This document shows, piece by piece, positions 33,269 to 43,938 of a DNA stretch of 64,000 nt. Position numbers and translations under genes: made by a program. The notes beneath the pieces were generated by a model. That model did not search any database, was not told the DNA's origin, and saw only the letters and a list, made by a program, of their open reading frames with translations. This DNA comes from an uncultured Nitrososphaerota archaeon (GTDB lineage: Archaea; Thermoproteota; Nitrososphaeria; Nitrososphaerales; CADDZS01), in contig CAWCYI010000004.1 of NCBI GenBank assembly GCA_963799845.1, forward strand, positions 1,120,001 through 1,184,000. Reading direction: 5' to 3'. Numbering within the stretch: the first letter of the stretch is position 1; the number at the start of each line of letters is the position of its first letter.

Positions 33269-33481
33269 TTCCGAATACTGACCGTCCTCCGAAAAAGCGC
33301 TGTCTAATGAAACAGGGAACTTGCATATACGGTTTAGTTATGCGTAGCATCGTCGTTACCGTGGAACGCGCTTCTGCTCGATGGACATATATCTCCTGCA
33401 CAAACTAGGGCCCATTTCTACGAAGAAGATGTTTTGAGAACGCATAATGCAAGAAGATTTTTTTAGATCTCGCTCATTGGG

Positions 33482-34429
33482 TTGCTTGAAGTTTGTGACG
33501 AACAGTTGTTAGAAATAGACGGTACTTCGCCAGAAAATATGCACTTCAAGTGGTCCAAGAATAACAAACCGATAGCTACAATTCAGCAGAACGAAATCGT
33601 CCGGTTTGAAATCCCCGACTGTTTTGCTAATCAGCTTTCAGAATATTCCAATCTGGAAGATTTGAAGAAAATTGATCCTGCCACGATGGACGGCGCGTGC
33701 GGTCCTCTCTGGATTGAAGGCGCTGAACCCGGAGACACCCTCGAGGTAGAAATTCAAGAAGTAAAATCGGGAAAGTGGGGCTGGTCGATGACGGAAAACT
33801 CCCTCGGACTGTTGAAAAATCGCTACCCAGACAATTTCACGGTCTGGGATCTGCGGGACGGCTTTGCAGAATCGAGATCTGGGTTCTTGAAGGGAATCCG
33901 CCTTCCGACTAAACCGTTTCTGGGAATCATGGGGGTCGCGCCAAGCGAAGGCGAATTTGGAATGCTTGCTCCTCAGGCTTTTGGCGGAAACATTGACAAC
34001 AAGCTTCTGTCCTCCGGGTCGAAGCTATATCTTCCAATTGAAACAAAAGGCGCTCTCTTCTCCGCGGCAGATCCTCACGCATCGCAGGGAGATGGAGAAT
34101 CAGGCGCGACGGGAATCGAAACGAGCGCTACCGCGACTCTGAAGTTCCGTGTTATTAAGGATAAAAGAAAGGTTCGGTACCCACGCGCGATTGTAAACGT
34201 TGAGTCGAAGAACTATTTGCTTACGATGGGAATCTCGGAAGACCTGTACAAGGCATCTCAGATCGCGATGAAAGGTATGATTGAGGAATTAGAAAGCAGG
34301 AGCATATCCGGAAGAGAGGGCTATACTCTCTGCAGCCTAGCTGGGGATTTGAGAATCTCTGAGATGGTCGACGAGCCGAATCACGTTGTTTCGATGACAA
34401 TTCCGATGGATATCATCCAGAGAAATTGA
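33482..34429 (+). CDS. Acetamidase/formamidase family protein
   Basis: 'GPLWIEGAEPGDTL', 'GGNIDN', 'DPHASQGDGE', 'GIET'. Confidence 0.92.
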   Translation: MLEVCDEQLLEIDGTSPENMHFKWSKNNKPIATIQQNEIVRFEIPDCFANQLSEYSNLEDLKKIDPATMDGACGPLWIEGAEPGDTLEVEIQEVKSGKWGWSMTENSLGLLKNRYPDNFTVWDLRDGFAESRSGFLKGIRLPTKPFLGIMGVAPSEGEFGMLAPQAFGGNIDNKLLSSGSKLYLPIETKGALFSAADPHASQGDGESGATGIETSATATLKFRVIKDKRKVRYPRAIVNVESKNYLLTMGISEDLYKASQIAMKGMIEELESRSISGREGYTLCSLAGDLRISEMVDEPNHVVSMTIPMDIIQRN

Positions 34430-34519
34430 AGTCCGGTTTAGCCGCGAGCACGCAAAGGATAACCCCTTAAGCTCTGTTTTGGGCGCGAGAACGTCGATCG
34501 GGATCGAGAGATGGGGTGA

Positions 34520-35863
34520 AATTCGCTGAAAGATAATTCGGGGGATATTCTTCAAAGGCTCAGCGAGAGAATAGCCGCGAGTAACAGGATTCTCTACTAT
34601 CCACTTTTAGTCAAGAAAGCCCGTGGAAGTATGATCACGGACGTCAGTGGAAAAGAGTACCTTGATTTCAACGCGAGCTGGACGGTTGCGGGACTGGGCT
34701 ATTCGAATCCGACCGTTATTGATGCGATCAAAGAAGAGCTCGAGTCAAGCGCGGGGCTCGCAACTTGCACGTTTCCGAATGAAACCATTTTGAAGTTTGC
34801 CGACGAACTCGCCGCGATCACGCCTGGAAACTTTGCGAAAAAAGTTTGGTTCGGGCATTCGGGAAGCGATGCGTGTGGAGCGGCCTACAAACTGCTGCCT
34901 ATATCCACTAAGAGGCCCAGAGTCTTCTCATTCTATGGCGGCATGCACGGCACAGACTTGGCGGGTATCGCCATGGGAGGTCATCCCTCAACATCGAAGT
35001 ACCAAGTTCCCAGTCTCGTTTCGAAGGTCCCGTACGCATACTGCTACAGATGCCCCTACGGTCTGGAGTATCCGAGCTGCGGAGTATACTGCGCCAGCGA
35101 CTTTATCGAGGACCAGCTTTTCAAGTACATTAGTGTCCCAGATGAAACCGCCTTCATGATAGTTGAAGCGATGCAGAGTGACGGGGGTGATATTGTTCCA
35201 CCAAAAGAGTATCTAAAAAAACTCAAGCAGACGTGCGATAAATTTGGCATCCTCTTAGTCGCAGACGAAGTAAAGCTGGCACCTAGCAGGACCGGTAGAC
35301 TCTTCGCTGTCGAGAATTACGGAGTCGACCCCGATGCGGTGGCAATGGGGAAATCGATAGCTTCAGGGATGCCGGTAGGGGCGCTTGTCGCCGGTCGGGA
35401 CCTCCTAGAAGGGGCGTTCCTGGCTTCGACGTTGGCGGGGAACTCGATAGTTGCGGCAGCGGGGCTCGCAACGATAAAACTGTTGAAAGAAGAAAGCTTG
35501 CTCAAGAAGGTCGCCAAACTGGGGGACGAGCTCAAGACAAGACTGGAGGAGATGAAGGAGCGACATGAAATAATCGGAGATGTGCGCGGAAAGGGACTGT
35601 TCGTCGGAATCGAGTATGTCAAGGATGGGAAGACGAAAGAACCTGCGAGGCTGGAAACTGCCAAGATTGTTTACCGGGCTTGGCAGCTTGGTTTAATCAC
35701 CGTATTCGTCGGCCCGGATCAGAACGTCATGGAGCTGACACCGCCTCTAATCATAACCCATGAGGAAGTCGAAAAAGCAGCGGACATACTGGAGAAAGCC
35801 ATCTCGGATGTTGAGAAGGGAGTCGTTCCGGATTCTCTCGTAAAGGATTTTGCCGGATTCTGA
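34520..35863 (+). CDS. Class III PLP aminotransferase (4-aminobutyrate/ornithine aminotransferase-like)
   Basis: 'GKEYLDF', 'SGSDA', 'LVADEVK', 'GKSIASG'. The frame is open about 35 codons upstream of the ATG at 34631, so the start is approximate. Confidence 0.92.
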   Translation, partial: NSLKDNSGDILQRLSERIAASNRILYYPLLVKKARGSMITDVSGKEYLDFNASWTVAGLGYSNPTVIDAIKEELESSAGLATCTFPNETILKFADELAAITPGNFAKKVWFGHSGSDACGAAYKLLPISTKRPRVFSFYGGMHGTDLAGIAMGGHPSTSKYQVPSLVSKVPYAYCYRCPYGLEYPSCGVYCASDFIEDQLFKYISVPDETAFMIVEAMQSDGGDIVPPKEYLKKLKQTCDKFGILLVADEVKLAPSRTGRLFAVENYGVDPDAVAMGKSIASGMPVGALVAGRDLLEGAFLASTLAGNSIVAAAGLATIKLLKEESLLKKVAKLGDELKTRLEEMKERHEIIGDVRGKGLFVGIEYVKDGKTKEPARLETAKIVYRAWQLGLITVFVGPDQNVMELTPPLIITHEEVEKAADILEKAISDVEKGVVPDSLVKDFAGF

Positions 35864-35892
35864 TTTCCCGAGAGAAACGTAAGAGGCTCCCC

Positions 35893-37140
35893 TCAACAGA
35901 TCTTGGAGAAAAGTAAGTTTTGCTTTTCCATGGCATCTGGATCTTTTATTTGCACAGCCGTCATTATCGGAATCGGGTCAAACTTCATCCAGCTTCCTTG
36001 CTTGAGTTTTCGCGATAATCTCACTGCCCGATCGGCTTCCCACAGCAATTTCTTTGCTGTCTTTGGAGCACCTCCGTATCCTGCGTTCACAAAATTGCTG
36101 CTTTCGCTTGTAATTTGGATCGAGATAGCATTCTTTCCGTACAGGTCCATTGCCAAAGGATGGCTCTTCTCCAGTTCCATGAAACTCGCACCGCAGTCTA
36201 TCATCTTGTCCAGGCCGTTGATCCGCACACTTGAAACTAGCGCGGGATAGCGCCCTTTCCTTCTCCCCGAAAGGTGCCAGCGCGCCAATTCCTCCGGCTC
36301 GGCTTTGGGAACTAGTTGCGCACCAAGTTGATCTATCTCTCGTTCCGTAACGACAGCTCGGTATTTGGTCGTGGCTACGCAAACGTTCGTTAGAACCTTC
36401 AGCTTTACGATTTGATCTCGGACTTCAGGCCGCAGATCAGTCGCGCCAGGTTCAAGGTATCCACCCGCCGCTACCTTCGCTAGCGCCTCCTTCGCAGAAA
36501 GCCCATCTCCGACGCCGGCAAGAAATAGATTCAAACTAGAGTTATCCCTCTTGATTACAACGCCTTCGCGACGTCCAAGAATTGAATCAAGCAATGGGAC
36601 GTACTCTGACTGATCGGCCCAGACTCCCAGAGTGCAATTTAGGCTGAGAAGAGTTTTGTGGTCTGTAGCCAAAGAGAAAAGCTTGCTGCAGTACTTTCGG
36701 TTTGCCCATGCTGTCTTGTTGGCAGTTATCAGGGCACTTACTCCCATAACGTTGGAAGAAATTTTGTAACAGTCCGCTGCATCCAGATGGGTGGAATCTA
36801 TTATCATCCAATTTTTTGGCTCACTGCTTATTTCTTCCTCGATCAAACTTATCTCCTCTCGCAAAGTCCGAAAGTCAGTTAACTTCAGAGATGCAGGCAT
36901 TCTGGAATCATCTGAATTATTCTTCGAGACGTGAGATTTTGATCTTAGTATCCATTTAAGATCCGATGGATCGAGTGCCTTTCCATCATTACGTCCGAAA
37001 AGCTTAGTACTGTCCGCTATCCATCTAACTTCGAAATTCGTGGGAGGATTCGAACAAATATATTCGACGACTTTTCTTCCAACGCTTCCCAATCCCAGAA
37101 TTCCGAGTCTGGGTTGGAGCCTCTTCTGATTCGTTCGCAA
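35893..37140 (-). CDS. Divergent homoserine dehydrogenase-like protein
   Basis: 'GILGLGSVG', 'IADS', 'LITANK', 'GYLEP', 'GYGGAPKTA'. Confidence 0.6.
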   Translation of the reverse strand: MRTNQKRLQPRLGILGLGSVGRKVVEYICSNPPTNFEVRWIADSTKLFGRNDGKALDPSDLKWILRSKSHVSKNNSDDSRMPASLKLTDFRTLREEISLIEEEISSEPKNWMIIDSTHLDAADCYKISSNVMGVSALITANKTAWANRKYCSKLFSLATDHKTLLSLNCTLGVWADQSEYVPLLDSILGRREGVVIKRDNSSLNLFLAGVGDGLSAKEALAKVAAGGYLEPGATDLRPEVRDQIVKLKVLTNVCVATTKYRAVVTEREIDQLGAQLVPKAEPEELARWHLSGRRKGRYPALVSSVRINGLDKMIDCGASFMELEKSHPLAMDLYGKNAISIQITSESSNFVNAGYGGAPKTAKKLLWEADRAVRLSRKLKQGSWMKFDPIPIMTAVQIKDPDAMEKQNLLFSKIC

Positions 37141-37161
37141 TCAGTAGGCCTCAATGCCAAA

Positions 37162-38349
37162 TCATGCGAAAAGCAATCTCTTAATTCCGTCCGAAATAAT
37201 TTTCTCGTCGCCGTCAGCGAGATGCATTGTGTTGATCTCCAAGCTATTTTCACCATGATGGTACAGCCAGATCGAAGGATCGCCGTCTCTGAGTTTCCGG
37301 TTCAAGTTCGCGACTTCATTGGCCGTCTTCTTTTCGAACGTGACCTTTAGCCCGAGCTGGTGATAGCCGATTCCGTCGACAAGATCTTCAGGCCAGACCG
37401 AGAAACTAAGATGCTGAACATCGGAAAGGGCACCCTGCAATTTCTTAATCTTCTGGCGCGCGGGATCGATCCGATCCTTATTGTGATCCATTTTCACCCA
37501 TCTTTGCAGAGCTGCAAGCGTCCCTACGATCTCCTGCCTATCGAGCTTGTAGCCTCTGCCCACGCTTCTGTAAAATCCAGGTTTGGGGTCGTAGCTCCCA
37601 GCTTCCTGACCGATGAAACTATGCAGTGACACCGTTTCGATCAGGTCTCTTTTGCCGCAGACCCATCCAGCTGAATTTGCGCCCTGCACATATTTTGCAG
37701 CATAGCAGACGAGATCGGCTCCCATCTTGGTAAACCTGCTTAGGAGTTCGATAGGATAGGTCTGGCCCGCAGCATCGACAATGATCGGAACTCCGTGCCT
37801 CTGCCCGATTTCTATGATCTCTTCGAGCGGGATGATGTCATTTCTTGAATTGGGATAGTCTGGTACCATAAAGTGTATCGCGGCGGTCTTGTCGCTGATC
37901 GCGGATTCGAGATCTTTCGGACGCGCTCCCCACACCTCGTGTCCAACTTGAACAAATTTTCCACCGGGAACTTCCATGCTCCTATCGTACATTCCGGGCT
38001 CACCGGCATGCGCGCCCCTGAGATTTCTCTGGATTATGATTTCATTCTTCATGCCGTCAGCGTATGGAAGGCGTCTCATTTTCTCCGGATCCTTTCCAGC
38101 GATGCACGCTGCAGCCGACAAAACAAGAGCAGCAAAGGAGCCAGACGTGACATGGGCTGCCTCTGCAGAACAAATACGCGCAATGGCGTTTCCAACCTTC
38201 TCCTCGAGTTCCCAGATTCCACACCAGTTGTTCGTCGATTCCTCCATCGCATCGAGGACCTCTTTCGGAATTACTGAACCCCCGAGGCGAGTAATCGGAA
38301 ACTGCCCGTTTACTACGCGTCGAACGCCAAGATCTTTGTAAGAGCTCAT
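37162..38349 (-). CDS. SelA-like/DgaE-like PLP-dependent enzyme
   Basis: 'LGVRRVVNG...TRLGGS', 'PIIVDAAG', 'GADLVCYAAK'. Confidence 0.85.
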   Translation of the reverse strand: MSSYKDLGVRRVVNGQFPITRLGGSVIPKEVLDAMEESTNNWCGIWELEEKVGNAIARICSAEAAHVTSGSFAALVLSAAACIAGKDPEKMRRLPYADGMKNEIIIQRNLRGAHAGEPGMYDRSMEVPGGKFVQVGHEVWGARPKDLESAISDKTAAIHFMVPDYPNSRNDIIPLEEIIEIGQRHGVPIIVDAAGQTYPIELLSRFTKMGADLVCYAAKYVQGANSAGWVCGKRDLIETVSLHSFIGQEAGSYDPKPGFYRSVGRGYKLDRQEIVGTLAALQRWVKMDHNKDRIDPARQKIKKLQGALSDVQHLSFSVWPEDLVDGIGYHQLGLKVTFEKKTANEVANLNRKLRDGDPSIWLYHHGENSLEINTMHLADGDEKIISDGIKRLLFA

Positions 38350-38509
38350 TACTTCTCGATATCCCGCTAGAAGCGGCTCGACCCCGGCATTTTTAATGTT
38401 AAGGTGCTATCAGATTCGCGATCGTCTGCCTTACGCGACAAGTCTCCTAGTTTGACAATTAGTTCACAATATATGCAATCAGACTTGATCAAAACGTGGT
38501 TTCATAATA

Positions 38510-39340
38510 ATGAAAAGTTTGAGCTCGACAAAAGAAGGTTTTTTCGAGGACATTAACGGGAAAACTGCTATCGTTACCGGATCGACAAAAGGCATAGGGC
38601 TGGAAATCGCTAGGATCCTACTATCTTCAAAGGCCAATGTCATTGTGAATTCTCGCAACAAACAAGATGTAGAGACTACCGTTGTAAGATTACGATCCGA
38701 GCCTGAATTCAGGGGATCGGTGATCGGACTACCTGGAGATGTGGGCGTCTATGAAAAATGTGAAACGTTGGTCGAACAAACAGTCCAGCACTTTGGCAAG
38801 GTAGACGTGTTGGTGAATAATGCGGGAACTTCCATGATCAGTGACAGCCTCGAACTGCAAAAAGAAGATTGGGAAAAAACAATCAGAACCAATCTATCAG
38901 GTCCCTTCTTCATGTCCCAGGTTTGCGGCAGAGTAATGGCGAAGAACGGCGGTGGTTCGATAATCAATATCTCTTCGATATTCGGTGGGGGTGGTGTGCC
39001 TAAGAGGCTCGCGTACTGCTCCTCGAAGTTCGGACTGAACGGTCTTACCAAGACGTTGGCCACCGAATGGGCGCACTACAACATCAGAGTGAATGCTGTC
39101 TCTCCTGGTTACATCAAGACGCCCATGGATGTCGGAGATCAAACTTCAGGTGGATATTCGGCCGAGGAGATCAATCGAAGAACCCCCGCGGGGAGGTACG
39201 GGACTGCCCGCGAGGTAGCACAAGTAGTATTGTTCCTGGCTTCGGATTTCTCCTCTTACATCACGGGAGCCAATTTACGTGTGGACGGAGGGTGGCTCGC
39301 ATACGTCGGCTGGGATAAACTTCTGAATGAACTAGATTAA
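38510..39340 (+). CDS. Short-chain dehydrogenase/reductase
   Basis: TGSTKGIG, NNAG, YCSSK, VNAVSPG. Confidence 0.93.
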   Translation: MKSLSSTKEGFFEDINGKTAIVTGSTKGIGLEIARILLSSKANVIVNSRNKQDVETTVVRLRSEPEFRGSVIGLPGDVGVYEKCETLVEQTVQHFGKVDVLVNNAGTSMISDSLELQKEDWEKTIRTNLSGPFFMSQVCGRVMAKNGGGSIINISSIFGGGGVPKRLAYCSSKFGLNGLTKTLATEWAHYNIRVNAVSPGYIKTPMDVGDQTSGGYSAEEINRRTPAGRYGTAREVAQVVLFLASDFSSYITGANLRVDGGWLAYVGWDKLLNELD

Positions 39341-39432
39341 AGTTCTGAGATCGGGTGAGTTATCGCTAGAAAAAATTACGTTCTCAAAATCAAATTTTCT
39401 TGAATAGTTATCTTCCAGTTGTCGTCGGCCAT

Positions 39433-40483
39433 CTAATTACCTCCGAAATCGATAGCTTCGTCTTTTAGCGATCTTGGAATGTTAGCGAAAACGTCTGTGA
39501 TGAGGCTTTCCTCCGGAGGAGGCGAAATATTTTCCGTCGATTTGGTCGCGGCTGCAATTTCAGATTGTACTTCCTCTGCAAGCTTCTTCTCGATCTCTTG
39601 CGTCAAGATCGACATTGAATACAACTGATTCTTGAATAGCGTTATTGGATCTCTCTTTTTCCATTCTTCAACCTCCTCCTTTGTTCTGTATTTTTTCCAA
39701 TCGTCGGAAGAAGAGTGCGGGCTATAGCGATAAGTGACGCATTCCAGCAAAGTTGCTCCCTGCCCCTTCAGAGCCCGATCTCTCAGCTTCAGAAACAGCT
39801 CTCTGAACTGCAAAAAAGTCGTTACCATCGATTGTCTCTCCATGGATCCCATACGCCCTCGCTTTCATGGAAATGTTTTCGGAAGCAGTTTGTCTTTTGA
39901 GGGGAACCGATATTGCGTATTGATTGTTTTCGCAAACGAAAATACAAGGTGCCTTAAAGACGCCTGCAAAATTCAAAGCTACGTGAAATTCGCCTGACGA
40001 CGTCGCGCCATCACCAAAGTATGAAATGGCGACAATATCCTCTTTGTTCATTTTTGCCGCCATGGCGAAGCCGACCGAGATCTGTAAGTTGCTGGCTATA
40101 GGGGCAGAATTGCTGAAGATACGGTTTTCTCTGTAGGAATATAGATTTGGCAAATCTCTCCCTTTCATATCATCGGAAGCATTTCCAAAATATCGGTTTA
40201 GCAACTGTTTGACCGTAACGCCAAGCGCTAAAAGAACTCCTTGATCCCTATAATATGGGAAAATATAGTCATGTTTCGTAATGCCATAAACACTCCCGAC
40301 ATGCGTAGCCTCATGTCCGGCTGAGGAAGTGTAAGACCCGATCTTTCCTTGGTTATGCAACGCCAGAGCTTTCGAATCCAGCAGTCTCGTAAGCAGCATT
40401 AGACGATAAGCATTCAGTAAATCCTGTTTTGTGAGCCCGCTTTGTCGCAATCTCGAATTGTGCGTCTGAATATCCTCTATCAT
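39433..40483 (-). CDS. 2-oxoacid (pyruvate/branched-chain) dehydrogenase E1 alpha subunit, frameshifted near 39790
   Basis: 'FPYYRD', TPP motif 'GDGATS...ENNQYAIS', 'TYRYSPHSSSDD'. Confidence 0.9.
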
Positions 40484-40539
40484 TATCCAGTTATTGCAGG
40501 GGCTCTTGAATGATTACTTATATCCTTCCAATTTCAATC

Positions 40540-41871
40540 TCAAAGTAACCACTCCTCTCGTTCGACCGATCTCTTCTTGACTCCCAATTTTGATCCGCGA
40601 TAAGATACTTTTCCATAAAGTGATGCTTCGCCATCAGGACCTTCTCGGTACACACTGTCTACTATTCTTCCAAGCGCATCAGCTTTCATTATTCCGCTTC
40701 CACTGTCGCCTCCGACCACAATCAAATTTTCATGTGCGAAAACATACGGGAGATAGTCAAGTGTATTGTAGGCAATGAGTCCCGCCCACATACTACTGGG
40801 GCCAAGATTTTCAAAGTGGGGAAAGTACGATGTCAGGATCGGATAGATTTGTTTCTGATAGTAAGATGGTTCAGCGTTGTACTTTGCCATATCGAAATCG
40901 GGCAAGTTCAAGAATTCCCTATTCACTTCATCATCGCAGCCGATCCAGAATTGTTCTCCCATCTGGACCGATTTCAAGTATATCGAAGACTTTGGTAAGA
41001 TCGTAAATGGCATTATTCCATAGTTGTTGAAACCTTCGGTGGAAAGCATCTTTTGCAGTTCATTACTTGTGCTGGTGTTTATCTGGAAAATCTGTCTCTT
41101 CTTTGATTTTACATGGCCGTCCAACCCGATTGGTTCGAGGAGAACGTTATTCCAGGCGCCGCCTGCAAGAACAATTGTTTCGGCGTAAATATTTCCATCA
41201 AGGAGCCCTTTCACTTGAACCCCCGCTATTCTAGTCTCCTGCCAAACGAAGGGTTCGTCTTCAATATTCAGTTTCTTTTGTGGTTCGACAAGAAGCTTTG
41301 TCGCTCGAGTACCAAATTGGCATCGTCCTCCCATGGCAATGAATTGGTCATAGTAGAATCTCGTAAGTTTATCAGGCTCAAGTTTGCCACACTTTACGCC
41401 AAAAACAGCACCATTGATGTTTTCCAAATCCATCGCCGCCGCCCCGACATTAGATGTTTCGAAGGTAGTGGTTAGCCCTTGAATCGAATGCTCCAACTCT
41501 TCCTTTGAGTAAATCTTGAGCTCGATCCCGTTCCCGGTCATCCTATCAATGTTCTTCGCATTGAGCTTGAATTGTCGGTCGCTCATTAGCCAGAGATAGC
41601 CGATAAGCTGCAAGCCAAGATCGATCCCGATCTTTTCCTGAACGTTCAGATAATAGTCGATTGATGTATCTGCAAGAACTTGGTTATCGGGTGAGGTAAA
41701 CGTGTTCCTGAACATAGCCGCGCTCCTGCCCGTGCCGGCTTGCCCGACATCTCCGAGATTGTCGATTACCAAAATCTTCTTTGAACGATTGTTTGACAAG
41801 AGATGGTAAGCGGAGGCCATTCCCAGCACGCCTGCACCTATCACAAGAATATCAAACTGAGAATCCGTCAA
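40540..41871 (-). CDS. FAD-dependent oxidoreductase (DadA/sarcosine oxidase beta-like)
   Basis: 'IGAGVLG', 'GTGRSAA', 'MWAGL', 'GDSGSGIMKADALG'. Confidence 0.88.
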   Translation of the reverse strand: MTDSQFDILVIGAGVLGMASAYHLLSNNRSKKILVIDNLGDVGQAGTGRSAAMFRNTFTSPDNQVLADTSIDYYLNVQEKIGIDLGLQLIGYLWLMSDRQFKLNAKNIDRMTGNGIELKIYSKEELEHSIQGLTTTFETSNVGAAAMDLENINGAVFGVKCGKLEPDKLTRFYYDQFIAMGGRCQFGTRATKLLVEPQKKLNIEDEPFVWQETRIAGVQVKGLLDGNIYAETIVLAGGAWNNVLLEPIGLDGHVKSKKRQIFQINTSTSNELQKMLSTEGFNNYGIMPFTILPKSSIYLKSVQMGEQFWIGCDDEVNREFLNLPDFDMAKYNAEPSYYQKQIYPILTSYFPHFENLGPSSMWAGLIAYNTLDYLPYVFAHENLIVVGGDSGSGIMKADALGRIVDSVYREGPDGEASLYGKVSYRGSKLGVKKRSVEREEWLL

Positions 41872-43046
41872 AATCTCGCCACTAGGTCTTTTTCATCAGG
41901 CGCTCGGCGTTTCTGGATAAGATTCAGCTCGGCGCTTGAGTAGCATTCGTCTTCATCCATAATTTCCCGGTTAACGAGTTCATCGAGTGCTTCAGCCAGT
42001 CCCGCCTTTGCAAGTCGGGCGGACATCCAATGCATTTCCGGCAACGCAAAACAATCTGATCCGTACACAATCTTGCTGGGCGGCGCGGTGAGCAGGATGG
42101 TCAGGAATCTCTCTTTTCCCATGGGGAGCGCAAACCCAGGAGGAAAAGGCGAAGAAATTTCAACATAGACGTTGGAAAATACTTTCGCCAGCCACGAAGC
42201 TTCCAGCGTGTACGGGTACCCACCGTGAAGCAATGCAATTTTTGTATGTCGAACCCTCTCGTCCTTGAGCAGCTCCTGTAGAAAAATTGGGTTACATCTT
42301 GCTCCCATAATATCTGTATCCCCGAGGCCTGTGTAGATTTCGAAAAATACTCCCAGCTCCTCGGCCTTGCGGATCGCTCTAACAAGAAGAGCGTTCCTTA
42401 TTCTCGGCACCATGGGTCCAAACCATGAGGTCTCGACGCGGCCGGCCTTCATTGCTCTAAACTCCTCTCCGGCAAGCTTCTCGTCGTATGGATAGACTTC
42501 CAGTCCACTCCTGTATGCTATCGCTGACTTGAAGGCGATCGCCTTTTTGTTTGCGACCAGATCGAACAGTTGTTTATCGAAATCGGAGACCAGTTCATCG
42601 AACGAACCTGAGCTCTGCAGGAGCTTACTTATTACCGGCTCTATCCTAGCGATCCGGTCTAGATCGCAAGGCACGTATTCCTTTAGCTCGTCGATCGGAA
42701 TTGAATACACTCCGTCATCAATCCAAAGCCCCTTGATGTTGACATCCTTGAAAAGCGAGCCGACATATGACCCAAAATTCTTCAGGGCCCGTTCATTCCT
42801 CGCTTCAATCAGCGCGCCAGTGCTTCTTGCGCATCCAAGAAACTTTGAGACCATTCTCAAAAACTGGGAGTAGCTTGTTTGGCTCTCAAAGCTTTCATTC
42901 ACCTCTTGTGGGACACTGGAAACGGCGGGTCCTCCGAGCGAAAAGATCTCGGCAAGCTTTGCCCTCGTCAAGCGCGGCTCGCGGGGAAAGGCGAAACAGT
43001 TGACGTCGGTTGTCTCAAGTCTCGTGAGATCGATCTTGTTTCCCAA
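41868..43046 (-). CDS. Amidohydrolase family protein (FluG N-terminal-like)
   Basis: 'FKSAIAYRSGL', 'TGLGDTD', 'LLHGGYPY', 'YGSD'. Several expected His ligands appear substituted. Confidence 0.8.
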   Translation of the reverse strand: MGNKIDLTRLETTDVNCFAFPREPRLTRAKLAEIFSLGGPAVSSVPQEVNESFESQTSYSQFLRMVSKFLGCARSTGALIEARNERALKNFGSYVGSLFKDVNIKGLWIDDGVYSIPIDELKEYVPCDLDRIARIEPVISKLLQSSGSFDELVSDFDKQLFDLVANKKAIAFKSAIAYRSGLEVYPYDEKLAGEEFRAMKAGRVETSWFGPMVPRIRNALLVRAIRKAEELGVFFEIYTGLGDTDIMGARCNPIFLQELLKDERVRHTKIALLHGGYPYTLEASWLAKVFSNVYVEISSPFPPGFALPMGKERFLTILLTAPPSKIVYGSDCFALPEMHWMSARLAKAGLAEALDELVNREIMDEDECYSSAELNLIQKRRAPDEKDLVARF

Positions 43047-43249
43047 GCCGAGCTCACTATTCCGATTACTAGTTTATACTTTTATTTGAGTGCATTGAGA
43101 TGGCTCGCAATCGAGAAGAGTTCTTTGATTAAAAGGAGTGCAGAACACTTCTTGGCGATGTGAACTAAAGTTCGGTACTTGGAATGGAAAGTATTTCGAG
43201 CGAAATGTGATAGAGCGAATTCCGATTTCATGGAATCAAGTTAGGGCGA

Positions 43250-43747
43250 CTAGATCTCGATCCAACTGTTATTTTCGTCACGAGACCAGAACCGTCCCTT
43301 CAGGCATCTGTAGAGAGAAATCTTCGAATCTCCCTTGACGACGTGGCGGTGAGCGTACCTCGCGTCATCGGTTTCGTAGTAAATCGGACTCGTTATCCCG
43401 AACCCCAAGTCGTTCAACTCGCGACCAACCGCGAGCACTTCGTCGGTATCATAGTAATTCTGGGTATAGACAATTATCATCCTGTTTGAAACATTCGGCA
43501 TGAAATTTTTCTTTGCGGTCGCTGACTTTGAGAGAAACCCTAGCCTCGAATCAACTGTAGCTTTTCTGATCTTCTCCCATGATTCGTCCAGTTGCTTAAG
43601 AGCAACATAAACGAGCCACTTGCCGATCAGGCGGGGATCGGCATTCGTATCCGAATAAGGAGGGGTTGCTTCTATCCAGTATACATCTTTAGTTTTTGAA
43701 GGCGGTCTATTGTATTCTCGGGCAACGCCGATTCCAAGGATTGGCAA
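43250..43747 (-). CDS. DUF1917-like (putative phosphothreonine lyase / eIF4E-like fold) protein
   Basis: 'GKWLVYV...DESWEKIRKAT..LG..SKSAT', 'IIVYT', 'IYYETD'. Confidence 0.7.
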   Translation of the reverse strand: MPILGIGVAREYNRPPSKTKDVYWIEATPPYSDTNADPRLIGKWLVYVALKQLDESWEKIRKATVDSRLGFLSKSATAKKNFMPNVSNRMIIVYTQNYYDTDEVLAVGRELNDLGFGITSPIYYETDDARYAHRHVVKGDSKISLYRCLKGRFWSRDENNSWIEI

Positions 43748-43938
43748 TAGATCTCCACCGACTCCTGCACTAAGGTCTTAACTCAGCCGTGATGCATGGT
43801 TAAAGTTCTTTTCGTTAGGCTATTGAAATTTAAATTTTCGCTTCGGAAATCGTAGTTCAATGCAACCGGACGGAATATTCTTCCGAGCACGCACAAAATC
43901 AGTTACATTTACAAGGCCCGTCAGATAAATTCGATTCC

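Noticed and set aside
37162-38349. True selenocysteine synthase (selA)
   Set aside because: No selB, selD or tRNA-Sec nearby, and archaea use SepSecS. The sequence fits the SelA-like/DgaE group.
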